Positions 39,601 through 51,400 are shown, counted from the whole stretch's first letter. The stretch: 56,542 bases of DNA, filler included, from Dugesia japonica (GCA_001938525.1; 4 parts of 4 records of this genome joined end to end with filler, not necessarily neighbours in it); one strand, 5' to 3'. The notes: generated by a model from the sequence alone, not told the origin. Numbers and translations are program-made.

Positions 39601-40500
39601 TATTTCGCTACGAATACGAAATCGTTTCCACACCTCTGCTGGTGTGTCGGGAAATTCATCGGGATGTATTAACATTGGCCTTGTTTCTACTCCAGGTCTC
39701 ACTCCTGCATTACACAAATGTTTATTGCTGCAATCGATGTACACTAGATTCCAATTATTTTGAATAATGTTTTCATCCAGTGATTTGTTTAATGGTAATT
39801 TTCGTAATTCTCGTTTTAGACTACCTACTAAAACGAAGTCAAGCTCAATTCATTGGCTTTCTTTTGCAAATTCCACCATGATTCAGAATCCACTGGCCCA
39901 GGTTATTGTAAATATTTTATGTCTGTAATCTTTTACTGAGGCTGCCCAATTTGATTTAACTGGTAATGCTACTGCATATTGTTGGCATAATTTCTCAATA
40001 TTAAATAATAACTTCTTGTAAGTTTATGTTGTTATCAGATTTCTCTACTATTGGGCTTTTTCCAGTGCCAATGTAGCAATCATTATTTCTGGGGAATCAT
40101 CTACAAATTTTCTCGCTTGTTTTGCGATTAGCATTTCTCTTTTATTCACTACAGCTTCCATTTCTCTAACCTCTTTTATCGGAATTTTAACTGGAATTAC
40201 CACACCTGGCCTAATATTAGGTTTGGCTACTTCTATGACTTTTTTTAAGAGTTCTTCCTTTAATTCGTTGCCCAGTGCCTTGGCTTTTTGCGTTTCCTCA
40301 ATAACTATTTTTGTATAAACCTCTACTAAAAAGCGATCTTCTAAATGTTTTAGTATTTGCTTAATACTTCTGGATTCGTAGAAAGCCTGTAGTATATTTC
40401 GTGATAAGTGGATTTTATTCCACTAAACCATTTTTATTATGGTTATCTCCACTGGACTGATACCAAAGGCAGTAATATGAGCATTATCATCATTCAGATT
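36640..40500 (-). pseudogene. ~1300-codon coding-like region of unknown function between nucleocapsid and protease
   Basis: Chain of same-strand ORF fragments (39061-39483, 38661-39020, 37273-37503, 36412-36798) with protein-like composition and no AT-rich non-coding gap. Confidence 0.65.
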
Positions 40501-41202
40501 GATGACCGTTTGCCCTGTAATAGCTGTATTCCATTCTTTCCGCAATAGTTGCAATATATTGCTCTGCTATCTTTATTTTTGTTTTCGAATCTCCTGAAAT
40601 TAGAATTTTTTTCACTATTATTACGTGTATTAAAATTATTTCTATTGTTATTTCTGTTATCTCGTTGAAAATTAGAGTTTATATTACTATTTCTATCTTG
40701 TCTAGGTGTAAATGGTTTCATTATTGTTTGAGTTCTAGGTATAAATTGTTCTATTTTTGGTGCTGTTTGCTTTTCTTTCTCTACTGCGAAGATTCGTTCT
40801 GATCGCTTGCAGACTTTTTTAGCTAACATAGCTAACCCGATTGCTTCCTAAACTGATTGGGGTCTATTCGTTGCTACCCACTTTTTGACTTCACGGTTTC
40901 GTATACTATCGATAAAGATACTAAGTATATGATCATCGGATACTTCTCCTTTGTATGCTATTTCACCAAGTCGTTTGAGTTCACTAGCATATGTGTGATA
41001 AGATTCATCTTTGTGTTGTGGTCTTCAATCAAATTCTTTGAATTCTTGGCCTCTTGTTCTTTGGCTTGTAAATTTTCCGTGAGAATTTCTTTGGCTCTCT
41101 CCCATGAGCTTGGCAATTCGGTTAGTTGTTTTGTTTTATCGAGATATAATCTTTTAGCTGCTCTAGTCATGGATGATATTATTCTGGAAACGTTTTCCGT
41201 TT
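40500..41202 (-). pseudogene. gag (capsid-like part, N/R-rich linker, truncated zinc knuckle)
   Basis: ELPSSWERAKEIL; RDNRNNNRNNFN; YCNYCGKNG (first half of a CCHC knuckle). Confidence 0.75.
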
Positions 41203-42350
41203 CTGTATAAATATAAAATTTTCTGAATATTAATTTGTTAATAATAATAATTATTTAATTTAAAATCCGAATTATTTTTGATTACATATCTCGTAAATCA
41301 GTTTGAACAGTTTCATTGAATATATTTTTTAAAACCATTAAACCTTATTTTTTTTATTGTCTTAAATCGTACTTCAAAAGAAGCTCAAAAGTTATATATT
41401 TCGCATTCTACTTATAATTATTTTCGTACTTCTTTAAAGAAGCTCATTTATTTAACCCTTAATCAAATCATTCTGGTCAATTTTCTAGTTTATTTCGTCA
41501 ATCTTAAAATCTAGTTTTGTTCAATCTAAATCGCTTATAATTTTATCGTTTCCTGCGAAGTTTTGTTTAATTCTATTTATTATTCTCCAATTTCTCTTTT
41601 GATTATCACCATCCAGTTTTACATTTATTGTTGTTCGTTGTCTTATTTTGTTTCTTAGTTGATCACCAGTTATCGTTCAAATATAATAATTCGTTTATTA
41701 TTTACTATTGCCAGTTAATATAACTCGCTTATTATTCTCCACAACTTCTTTATCAATCCAAATTAATAATAATTCGTTTATTATACTATCAATTTATTGC
41801 TTTATGCCAAAATTTATTAAATTATTTCGTTTAATATTTTGTTTTAATTATATCAATTTGTTTTCAAAATTAATTCGTTTAATATCATTATTTTCTATTA
41901 ATTCGTTTAATAAGTTTCCGTCATAATTGAGTTTGAAATAATATTAATTCGTTTTAATATTTTAATATTCATTTTATTTCCTCCGAATTTTTACGATTTA
42001 ATATTTATTCGTTAAATATTTAAATTATTAATTCGATTTATAATCTAATTTATGTTTAAATTTTCTTCATTTTACAATAGCAATATTAAATATACCGGAT
42101 CGTTTAACATCTAAATTTTTAATTTTGTTTAAATTTACCCAAATTACATTTTTATTTTCTATTTGTTTAATATTTTATAATAGATTTAATAATAGTTTGA
42201 TTTTTTAAAGCGTTTAAAATATCGACAGCATTAATTTGTTTAATACCAAAATAATAATCCGATTAATATTTGAACTTCTTATTATTAATTCAATTGTTAT
42301 TTTAATATTGAGTTCTTTGCTGTTTTACTTTCCCTAAATTTTTATCAAGT

Positions 42351-42367
42351 ATCCCAACTGAGCCCCA
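42351..42367 (-). promoter_or_regulatory. Primer-binding site, tRNA-Pro-like
   Basis: Minus strand TGGGGCTCAGTTGGGAT resembles the Pro PBS TGGGGGCTC...GGGAT and lies ~1.1 kb upstream of gag. Confidence 0.75.
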
Positions 42368-43380
42368 AAAATTCTTTTGGGGTCATGGATGATATGACTC
42401 AAAAATTATATCACTCACAACCCTCAAAACTGGGATTTAAATACCCGTCCTGAGAGTATGTTGATGGCAGCCCGGTGACTTTTGTCCGACGTCAAGAGTG
42501 CATGAGCGCACCACATGCGTATTATTTAGGTTCATTATTGAAGTCGACGATAGAAGTAGTAATGGAAGGGAGTTTAATCATTTGTATTTATAGTAATTGA
42601 TACGCACATGTACAATACATTTATAAGTGTTATAAACAGTATTGTTAATTTATCAATGATCTTTCAATAAGTCTACAAAAATCTTTCGGATTTTTCTGGG
42701 TGGAGGAACTGAAGATGGTGTTGAAGGCTGACTATGCAGGAGTTCGCTCAACTGCTTGTTTTCGGTACGAAGCCATTCAACCTCGGCATCTAATTCCAAA
42801 ATTCGCATACCCTGCACAGTGTCCCTTCGGGTAAATTCTATGTTCAGCCGCCTGAGCTGCGACATTTGGAATACCAGCATACCAATCTTATCCTGCAATG
42901 CTTGGCATGCTCTGGACTAGTTGGTTGTCGTAGCCAATTGACCATCAAAACTGGCCGCTATTTGTACCTCCTGACCAAATGTTCTGCTGGGACAGAGTTG
43001 AAACAAATGTTGATTCGCGACATTTTGTGGAGCATTCTCGTCCATATCTAAACATTTCAGAATAAATCATGCTTAGTCCTGCGAGATAGAGACTTACTAT
43101 AATGCTTATGGCAAATAACGATATTAGATATGTAATATTTTATATAGTAAAATTATTAAATTTACAATTTTATAATTAGTTAATAACATCCATAAATTAA
43201 TAATAATTAGTGGTTTAGAGTAAAACTATAATAAGGGAATAATAGTAGTTACCTATATCAATAATGGTCGTTGGTGCTTACAAGGTGAATATTAAGTAAT
43301 AAAAATAATAATCCCGTAACAATAGTGATGTCGAAAATCTTACTAATAGTAATAATAGTAGTATGGCCATTGTGAGGTAA
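42368..43380 (-). repeat. Presumed 5' LTR (partial) of the giant element
   Basis: Directly upstream of the PBS; TATA-like TATTTAAA at ~42436-42443 (minus). No second copy is visible to confirm it. Confidence 0.55.
42653..43045 (-). pseudogene. ~130-aa coiled-coil ORF inside the presumed LTR
   Basis: ATG at 43045 is in frame with track ORF 42653-42898 across one TAG; RILELDAEVEWLRTENKQLSELL coiled coil, then PPPRKIRK. Confidence 0.65.
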
Positions 43381-43480
43381 NNNNNNNNNNNNNNNNNNNN
43401 NNNNNNNNNNNNNNNNNNNNNNNNTTAATTAATTAANNNNNNNNNNNNNNNNNNNNNNNNNNNNNNNNNNNNNNNNNNNN
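43381..43480. other. Artificial contig spacer
   Basis: 44 N + TTAATTAATTAA + 44 N. Confidence 0.97.
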
Positions 43481-43574
43481 TTCAATCAATATTAATCGAT
43501 TAAATTGTAGATACATATTTTTATGGTACTATTCTCATATAATTATATAATTGAAATAGCTGTGTGAATTGAAA

Positions 43575-43750
43575 TTAATTATATCTAAAGATAGTTGTAA
43601 TTTTGCAAATGAATTACCAATTAAAGAATTACTTAACATGGTGGCTACGGTAAATACCGATTCTATTACAGATATATTTTTGACGAATGTGTTCTGCAGA
43701 GAAGTTGATATTGAGAAATTCATCAAGCGGTGTGAATTATATTTTTAGGC
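43575..43750 (+). mobile_element. gag N-terminal fragment, paralogous to 56225-56395
   Basis: NELPIKELLNMVATVNTDSITDIFLTNVFCREVDIEKFIKRCELYF is nearly identical to the ORF at 56225. Confidence 0.75.
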
Positions 43751-43966
43751 TAATAAAAGACAAAATAACTACAAGTAGTGAACCAAGCAACTTTAAACTG
43801 TATTGAAAATCAATAAACTTAGAACCTAAAATGGAAAAAGCTATCCAGAACCTGTTTGAGCGGATAATTAATTGAAGAATTACCTCACATTTTCATTATT
43901 ATTATTATTATTATTATTCACTTAAAAGGCTTCGATCAAAATTTGTTTTTTTTGGATTTTGTAAAT

Positions 43967-44001
43967 AATTCTATATTTCGACTTTGTCTTCTTCAGGAAT
44001 T
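43967..44001 (-). ncRNA. Minimal type I hammerhead ribozyme motif
   Basis: Minus strand AATTC-CTGAAGA-A-GAC-AAA-GTC-GAAA-TATA-GAATT: intact core boxes, stems I and II, short palindromic helix III region. Confidence 0.8.
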
Positions 44002-44556
44002 GACTTTTTGACTTATTATTATTATTATTATTATTATTAAACTGTAATATGTTATTTTACATTTATTTTTTTTCTAGATAAAAGCCGGAATACTTATGGA
44101 TATCGTTTTCATATTGCTCACATCAACTTTTACTTACTTGATAGTATTTAACTTCAAGTTTAGAAATTAATGGGTTCTATAAAACAATACTGATTAATTT
44201 AGTAATTTAACAACCACTGTTAAAGAGTATTTATAAATGTTTTGATTTTTTATTACAATATATATAGTAAATAAACCAATCTCAAATAAAGTGAAATAAT
44301 CATAATTAAATGAAATAAATAATAATAGTAATGATAATAATAATAAAAAGAATAATTTGCATTAAATTAAAAGCTTCGGTTTTGTTTTTTTTTTTGTTAG
44401 TTTTTCGAAGAAATTGACTTTTTGATTTATTTAATATTTATTTTTACAATAGAAATACTTTTTTAAATTAATTGATTAATTTTAATATTTTTTTAATTTT
44501 AATTATGTATTCCTTAAAATAAAATATTCGATCAACATAATTTTTGTTTTGATAAT

Positions 44557-44591
44557 AATTCTAATGTTTGACTTTGTCTTCGTCAGTAATT
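44557..44591 (-). ncRNA. Degenerate hammerhead copy
   Basis: AATTA-CTGACGA-AGACAAAGTC-AAACATTA-GAATT; the GAAA box is mutated. Flanks match the 43967 copy. Confidence 0.6.
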
Positions 44592-44749
44592 GACTTTTTT
44601 AATTATTAATTTTAATTATGAATTATTAATATTAATTATTTAATTTTATATAAATTTCATTGATTTTAAGATTATCTTCTTTAATTAGCAATTATTTATG
44701 TTTTTCCTATGAAGTGTGAAAATTTAGTCTGTTCTTAATGTTTTCCATG

Positions 44750-44950
44750 TTATATGATGTTGTTCTGGTTATATTTTATGTTGACGTTGAAAGTGTTTGA
44801 AGATTTCACTTCTTGCTTGAGATGTTTCGTAATTCTTCTTCTGGTGGTTCTGCGTATTTTACCTGTATATGTTTCTCTACGAATGTAGAATGTTATAAAT
44901 TTAATTGAAATTGCATTCACCGACAAACAAATATACTTACTTAACAAAGG
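44750..44950 (-). mobile_element. Penelope-like GIY-YIG endonuclease remnant
   Basis: ETYTGKIRRTTRRRITKHLK matches the YxGxTxR...RxxEH pattern. Confidence 0.6.
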
Positions 44951-45499
44951 TCCGAGCTAAGTTCTTGCCAATTAAAGAGTCTGTAACTGATCAAACATTG
45001 CAATGATTAAAGCTTCCATTTACAGTTTAAAGTGTCAATTATAACTATATAGACTAGAAAATATTATATAGACTAGAAAATACAGCAAATGAAACATCCA
45101 ATGGTTCTTCAACTTTTTCATCAAAATACACCAACATTAAGGCGCGTAATAACAGCTTACTATTTTTCTATTATGGAAATTGTTAACAACATTGTGGACC
45201 TTCAATTTAAATTATTACAAACATATAAAGACAACAAAAATAGTATTAAAAAGATTTTTGAAAATCAAATTATTAAAGAAACTAAAAATTTTAAATTAAT
45301 TATCATTACATTAACAGACAAAATAAATAAATTGGAAGCTCTTTATGAAGAGACATACAATGAATTTTTTTCTGAACATTTAAATAATTAAGAAACAATA
45401 GCCTACAAAAGACCACCAACTAAATAAGAAATTAAATTCAATAAACAATTCATTTAAATAGCATAAAAATATGAAATGACTCGATAAAATCTTTTCTTT

Positions 45500-45890
45500 T
45501 AAAAGTCAAAGGTCATAAACCAGTTTCATCCTCAATGCACTGTGTTCATAAAGATCACTGAACAACAATTAAAGGAATACCTATTGCTAACGCTTCTAAG
45601 ACTCATATTACATTATGCAAACTTATGGAAGATATATAAAAATCACTATTAAGTTTCATTCCGAAACATTTAAAGAATAGTTACGAGTTTATCGAACGAA
45701 TTAAAAATGAATACTGAAAGAATGATGATACATTTGGTTCATTAGATGTAACAAATCTATATTCCAATTGAAGCACCTAAAAATGTCATCGATATTGTAA
45801 GTGACTTCTTTGAAAGATACAAAGAACACACAGATATTCCAGAGATCACTAAAAATGATTTTAAAGATATCATAAATTTGTGTCTTTTCA
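45500..45890 (+). mobile_element. Penelope-like reverse transcriptase fragment
   Basis: VHKD, IPKHLKNSYEFIERIK, FGSLDVTNLY and FKDIINLCL are typical PLE RT motifs. ORF 45089-45391 may be its N-terminal region. Confidence 0.8.
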
Positions 45891-48262
45891 CTCATAGCAC
45901 TTTCATTGGTGAATAAGTACAAATATTCGCAAGTATTTAAATTAATATAATAAACCATAAAATAAATTAGATAGAAACACTAATATAAAACGCTCAGTAA
46001 TTGGCAAATATATGCTGTCTGTAATTACAAATTCAGAAATATTTCCTGAATAACAAAATAAATAAATATTTTCCGAAAATAAATTAAAATATAAGTAATA
46101 ATAAAAATCTCGCCATTATCAGGCACAATTTGTAATTTAATGAAAGCTGGCGATATAATTTTTCAATCTGTACAATCATAAAATCCATTATATATTTTTA
46201 ATGCAAAATTGTATTATATGATTTCAATAGAATTTTCAGATATATAGATAAAATATTTTTTAAAAATATTATCTTTCCAGATTTAATTAAATCAATTAGA
46301 TTAAAATTAGGATCAGCAGAAGTAGAATGTATAAAGAAGTCAGTAACAATTTCTAAAATGTTAAATTTTGTATTAACATCTTAAACATATAAAAGAGAAT
46401 ATGTTCAATTAAAAGGTTGAATTCTTATTGTTAATAAATAAGATTGTGATAGAGATTGTTGGAATACAAAAATATGTTATTATAAAAGAAAATAAGTGTA
46501 TAATTCAGTAGATAGGTAGTAGTGCACTGGATCAGCACACTTTCAAACCTCATGGTGTGTACAATTATTACATACTTTTTCTAATTTAAATAGGCGGTGA
46601 TACACATTTGTGTGCTATTACGTAAATATTACATCACTTGTTCTCTGTAATCCCACTCATTTTCTGAATCTTCACCATATGATGGCCACTGTCCCTTCTC
46701 CATCTAGTTATTTTCTAACTTGATATTAAAGAAATTCAAAAGGATGGCTTTCATTTTAATGATATAAATATGAAAATTAAATCTATTTATTTACAGATTC
46801 AAATAATCAAATTATACTTGTATTACTCTATCAAATTCATAAATATATAAACACCTAAACTTATTTTACTTGTTAGGTTAAAGTCTTGGTAATAATAATA
46901 ATAATAATAANNNNNNNNNNNNNNNNNNNNNNAATAATAATAATAATAATAAAACAAAAGAGATGCCATCAAAACACTTGCTAAAATTAAATAAAATAAA
47001 CGAAATCTGATATACTAGTTTTATCACGGAAAAGTCATGGACTTATTGAAAATAAAAGTTTAACATAGAAAAGATTGCAAAATACATGTTTAATATTGAA
47101 TATGTGTATTTTCCTGAAAATATTAGTTTTATCATAAAAAGATTGGTTTTATCATTGAATATAAAACAACTCAATTAACCAATTGTTGTAAGTAGATCCT
47201 ACTAGGATTTATTGATATTTCTAACACTTAGACCAATACAGGGACAACCAAATTTTATGATGATGAAGATTGAAAATTATTGAATTAGGAAAATTAAATC
47301 TAGTTAGTTTTGTGTTAGTTATGATTCTAATTTGGATTAAGGCTTAAATAATATGAATGTTGCATTTATTTTAATTAAAACGTTAAAATTAACAGTTAAT
47401 TGTATTAAAATTTTGATTAAATATTGTTAAAATTCATTGTTTGCAATAAATGTAATCTTTTCAAATTTCAAAGTTTGTTATTCGGATTTACAAGTAAAAT
47501 ATTTTAGAAATTGTTTAATATTATAAAGGAAAACACTTGTATACATTTTATCTAGACTAATAAAAATCATTAAACCTGATACATTCATTAACCCAATACA
47601 ATCAATAAACCTAGTACATTCAATGAAACCGATACGTTCATTAAACATATAGATTCAATTTGTATACGTATTTGACTTATATATTGTATCCAATACTTTC
47701 ATTTATTTTAATCTTATCGTTCAAGTTAATCAATACAGTCACTTAATTCATTGAACATGTTTAATTTGTTATATTAGACATAAACCTATAAGCAATAGAT
47801 ACTATTTTCATTAAAATAAACACTAAGCTAATTCTAATGTTTGCTGAGGATTAAAATGATTATATAGTTATAATACATTTTATCTTACAACTAATAATAC
47901 GGTTAATCAAATTACAGTTATTAAGTTATATAGCATTTCTTCTTTTCAAATACAGTAAATTAATCCATTAATCAATTTACACAGCAAAGTCTATATGTGT
48001 CTTTATATGCAAAGCTTATGGATAGCGTAAGCAAATAAGTACAGTAACCTAATGTAATAGAGTGAAACCAATGAAACACAGTAAGACCAATGAATAGAGT
48101 AAACAGATTAGTGCAATAAGCCAATAAACCCTAAGTGATACAGTAAAATAATGTGTAGCAGTGAAACTGATTGTCGCAGTAAAACCAGTGTAATATAGTA
48201 AAAACGTCAATGAATATCACACATAGTACCTGATCGAATAAAATTGTTCAAGTAAATTATTT

Positions 48263-49931
48263 GGTTCTATGATAAAATATACTCAGACAAAATATATCAG
48301 ACAAAATATATTAAGACAAAATATTTTGGACAAAATATATTGTGAAAAAATATATTGAGACAAAATATATTCAGACTAAATACATAATGACAAAATATTT
48401 GGACCAATTATATAACGATTAATTATATTAATTAACTATTAATGTAACTATTAAATAATTATTAATTACATAAATTATTTCATTAAAATAAGATAAGGCT
48501 TATAAATCAAAAAATTAAGATCATTAAATTTTATAAAAAAAATTTAAAAATAATAAAAATAATAAAAAAAATAAACCNNNNNNNNNNNNNNNNNNNNNNN
48601 NNNNNNNNNNNNNNNNNNNNNNNNNNNNNNNNNNNNNNNNNNNNNNNNNNNNNNNNNNNNNNNNNNNNNNNNNNNNNNNNNNNNNNNNNNNNNNNNNNNN
48701 NNNNNNNNNNNNNNNNNNNNNNNNNNNNNNNNNNNNNNNNNNNNNNNNNNNNNNNNNNNNNNNNNNNNNNNNNNNNNNNNNNNNNNTACATAAATTATAT
48801 TACTCCAAATATTTTAATATATTTTGTAAGGGAATGCAAGTGAATGTAAATAAGGGAATGAATAATCAACAAATTCAGGAATACAAACACACTATCAGCG
48901 GTGGTACATTTTTGCGAATCAAAGATGTTAATAAAGTGTTCAAAAATCTTAGAAACATAGACCATTTCAAAGATGACCTAGATAATGTAAATTTCTTGTT
49001 GGATTATTTTGAAGACAATTATATTGGTCATCTGCGACATAAACAGAGTGCAACCTAGGTTTCTAATTAGCATTTGAAATCAATATGAACGTGTAATTAA
49101 CGACCTGCCAAGAACCAATAACGCGGCAGAAGGATGGCATAGTGCATTGAACTCTGTGGTCACATCCAACTGTAGGAAGACTGGCTCAAAAATGGCAACA
49201 ACAACAGCACACCTCAGCTATCAAGAGAAAAAAAATTAAAACTGGTCAACAATTCTGGTTACAACTCAATGGATCCACTGACATATTTAAAGAATATTGC
49301 TAGTATTTTGAATATTAATGTGACAAAGTTAAGTTTTGTTAATTAAATTACAATTTTGTTAGTTAATTTATTGGTTATTAATTTTTTTTGTTAAAAATAT
49401 TATTATTAATAATGTTATTTATTAATGTTTTTTATATTGTGACATAGTTAAATATTATTTACTATAGACTCTCGATTATCCGTATATTGATTGTCCAGTT
49501 TTCGGATTATTTGTGTATTTAACTAAATTATTAATTAATAAATAAAACACATATATGTGAAACCTAGTCTCACTGTTAAGCTGTAAAATTTATACATCAA
49601 TTTATTGATAGTTTGATATTTGATCAAATTAATTTTATTTAATCATATATTAGTATAACTTTTATTTGACAGTAATGCAGGTTCTTCAAATTGAAAAACT
49701 TTGAAGATGTCATCATATATATTTTGTCTCAATATATTTTGTCACAATATATTTTGTTTCAATATATTTTGTCCTAAAATATTTTGTCCTAATATTTCTT
49801 GTCATAATATAGTTTGTCCCAATATGTTTTGTCTCCAAATATTTTGTCTGAATATATCTTGTCGTAATTTATTTTGTCCTAATATATTTTGTCTAAATAT
49901 ATTTTGTCTAAGTATATTTTGTCTTATAACC
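48263..49931 (+). mobile_element. Internally deleted MULE/Phantom-like DNA transposon
   Basis: TIRs GGTTCTATGATAAAATATACTCAGACAAAATATAT and its inverse ...GTCTTATAACC are built of ~15-bp tandem units. TSD AATTATTT at 48255-48262 and 49932-49939. Transposase remnant LLDYFEDNYIG...NDLPRTNNAAEGWHSALN at ~48990-49155. Confidence 0.9.
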
Positions 49932-50729
49932 AATTATTTGACTTATTACTAATTTATCAGTTGAATATGCATCAAGACAAATCATCTATACACTAATTTC
50001 ATTAAACTGTGAATAAATTTTAGTCACCTACAAGCAAATTATACCACTTATATACAAATTACGATCACCGAGATGTAATTTACTGTAACCTATAAGCAAA
50101 TTATCACCACCTATGTGGAAAAGATAGTAGACTATATACATATTATTGCAAGTTATGAGAAACTTATCACCCCCTATGAATATATTATATTTACATATAA
50201 GCAAATTGTAACGCACTGTGTGTAAATTCTCACCATCTATTGTACATTGAGACATTAGTTTGAAAATTTTTCAAGTCTAAATTTTATTTGAATAACTTGA
50301 TTTTATAATATCTTTAAAAATTTTAATATAATATTAATAAATATATACTGAGTCCATAAGCAATTTCATTAAAATGTGTAGACCCGTAATTAAAAATATA
50401 AACTAATTTTATTAAGATTTGTTAAATTTCCATTAATTTTCTCAAGTTTCATAAACTTTAATTATTAAGTTATTTCCTCTTATATATTGATTTAGTTTAG
50501 ATTACACAGCGCAGCACAATAAGAGTTTAGATATTCAAATTAATAAATATCAATCAATTATCCAACATTATTATTATTATTTATTATGATGATTATTGTT
50601 ATTTTTATTATTATTTATTATTATTATAATTATTATTATTATTAATTTCATTATTATTAATAATTATTAAGTACTTGATTTTTCTGTATAACTTTTATGT
50701 ATGATATTTGTTGGTTTTTAACTTTAATA

Positions 50730-51400
50730 TTCTTACTCAATGAAAAATTCCCTATCAAATAGATGGTTTGATGTTCAAAATCGAGTTAGTCTTTTCAAAA
50801 TTCATTATTTTCTCGAGGAGCCTCTAAACGTATATACTTGTTTTTCAATATAACTCTGTATGTATAAGGTTTGAAGATTTTAGATCATAATATTGTTAAT
50901 TACCTTAGAATTCTCTATCGAATAGGTAGTTTAATTATTAAATTTCAGATACTTTTTTATTTTTAATTAATTATTGAGAATTAAAATATGTAAAATATTT
51001 TCAAATAATATGATTTGACAAGTTTTACCATATATATTCTTGATCAGTAAAAGGTTTTCTATAGAATACTACTTAGATTATTAAATTTGGATAAAAATTA
51101 GAAAAAATAATTTTTTATTTGTGTCGGTTTATCATCCTCGGTATTTTTGAGCATTTTTTATCAATTTTTCTCAGTCAAAATTAAGTTTGGCGATTTTAGG
51201 TGATGTTTTTCTTGATCAGTGAAATATTCTCTATCGAATAATATTTGTTTCGTTACGATTAGAGAAGACGAATTTTCAAAAATTCTTGAAAAATTATATG
51301 TTTTTCTATATTTCCTCAGCCTCGGCGATTTTTAATTAGGTCTGTCGTTATCAGCAAAAAATTCTCTATTGAATGAATTAGTTTATAATTAAATTCAAGA
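50730..51400. repeat. Degenerate tandem repeat, ~140-170-bp unit
   Basis: Recurring ATCAGT.AAA.ATTCTCTATCGAATA at about 50737, 50910, 51043, 51215 and 51350. Confidence 0.6.

Larger units (their letters stand above)
26978..43380 (-). mobile_element. Giant complex Ty3/gypsy-type retroelement (>16 kb, both ends cut by contig boundaries), reminiscent of planarian Burro elements
   Basis: PBS, gag/NC, PR, RT, RH and IN in gypsy order on the minus strand, followed by co-oriented accessory ORFs with similar composition and decay. Confidence 0.85.

Noticed and set aside
27455-41200. Stop-codon reassignment or APOBEC/RIP-like hypermutation suggested by many TGA/TAG/TAA at Trp/Gln/Arg positions
   Set aside because: All three stops occur along with frameshifts and deletions. 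Ordinary transition decay explains this, and the host channel gene reads in the standard code.
49701-49952. 83-aa ORF of NIFCxN repeats; superficially CRISPR-like array
   Set aside because: It is the translation of the 15-bp tandem units in the MULE right TIR. There are no unique spacers or cas genes, and the context is eukaryotic.
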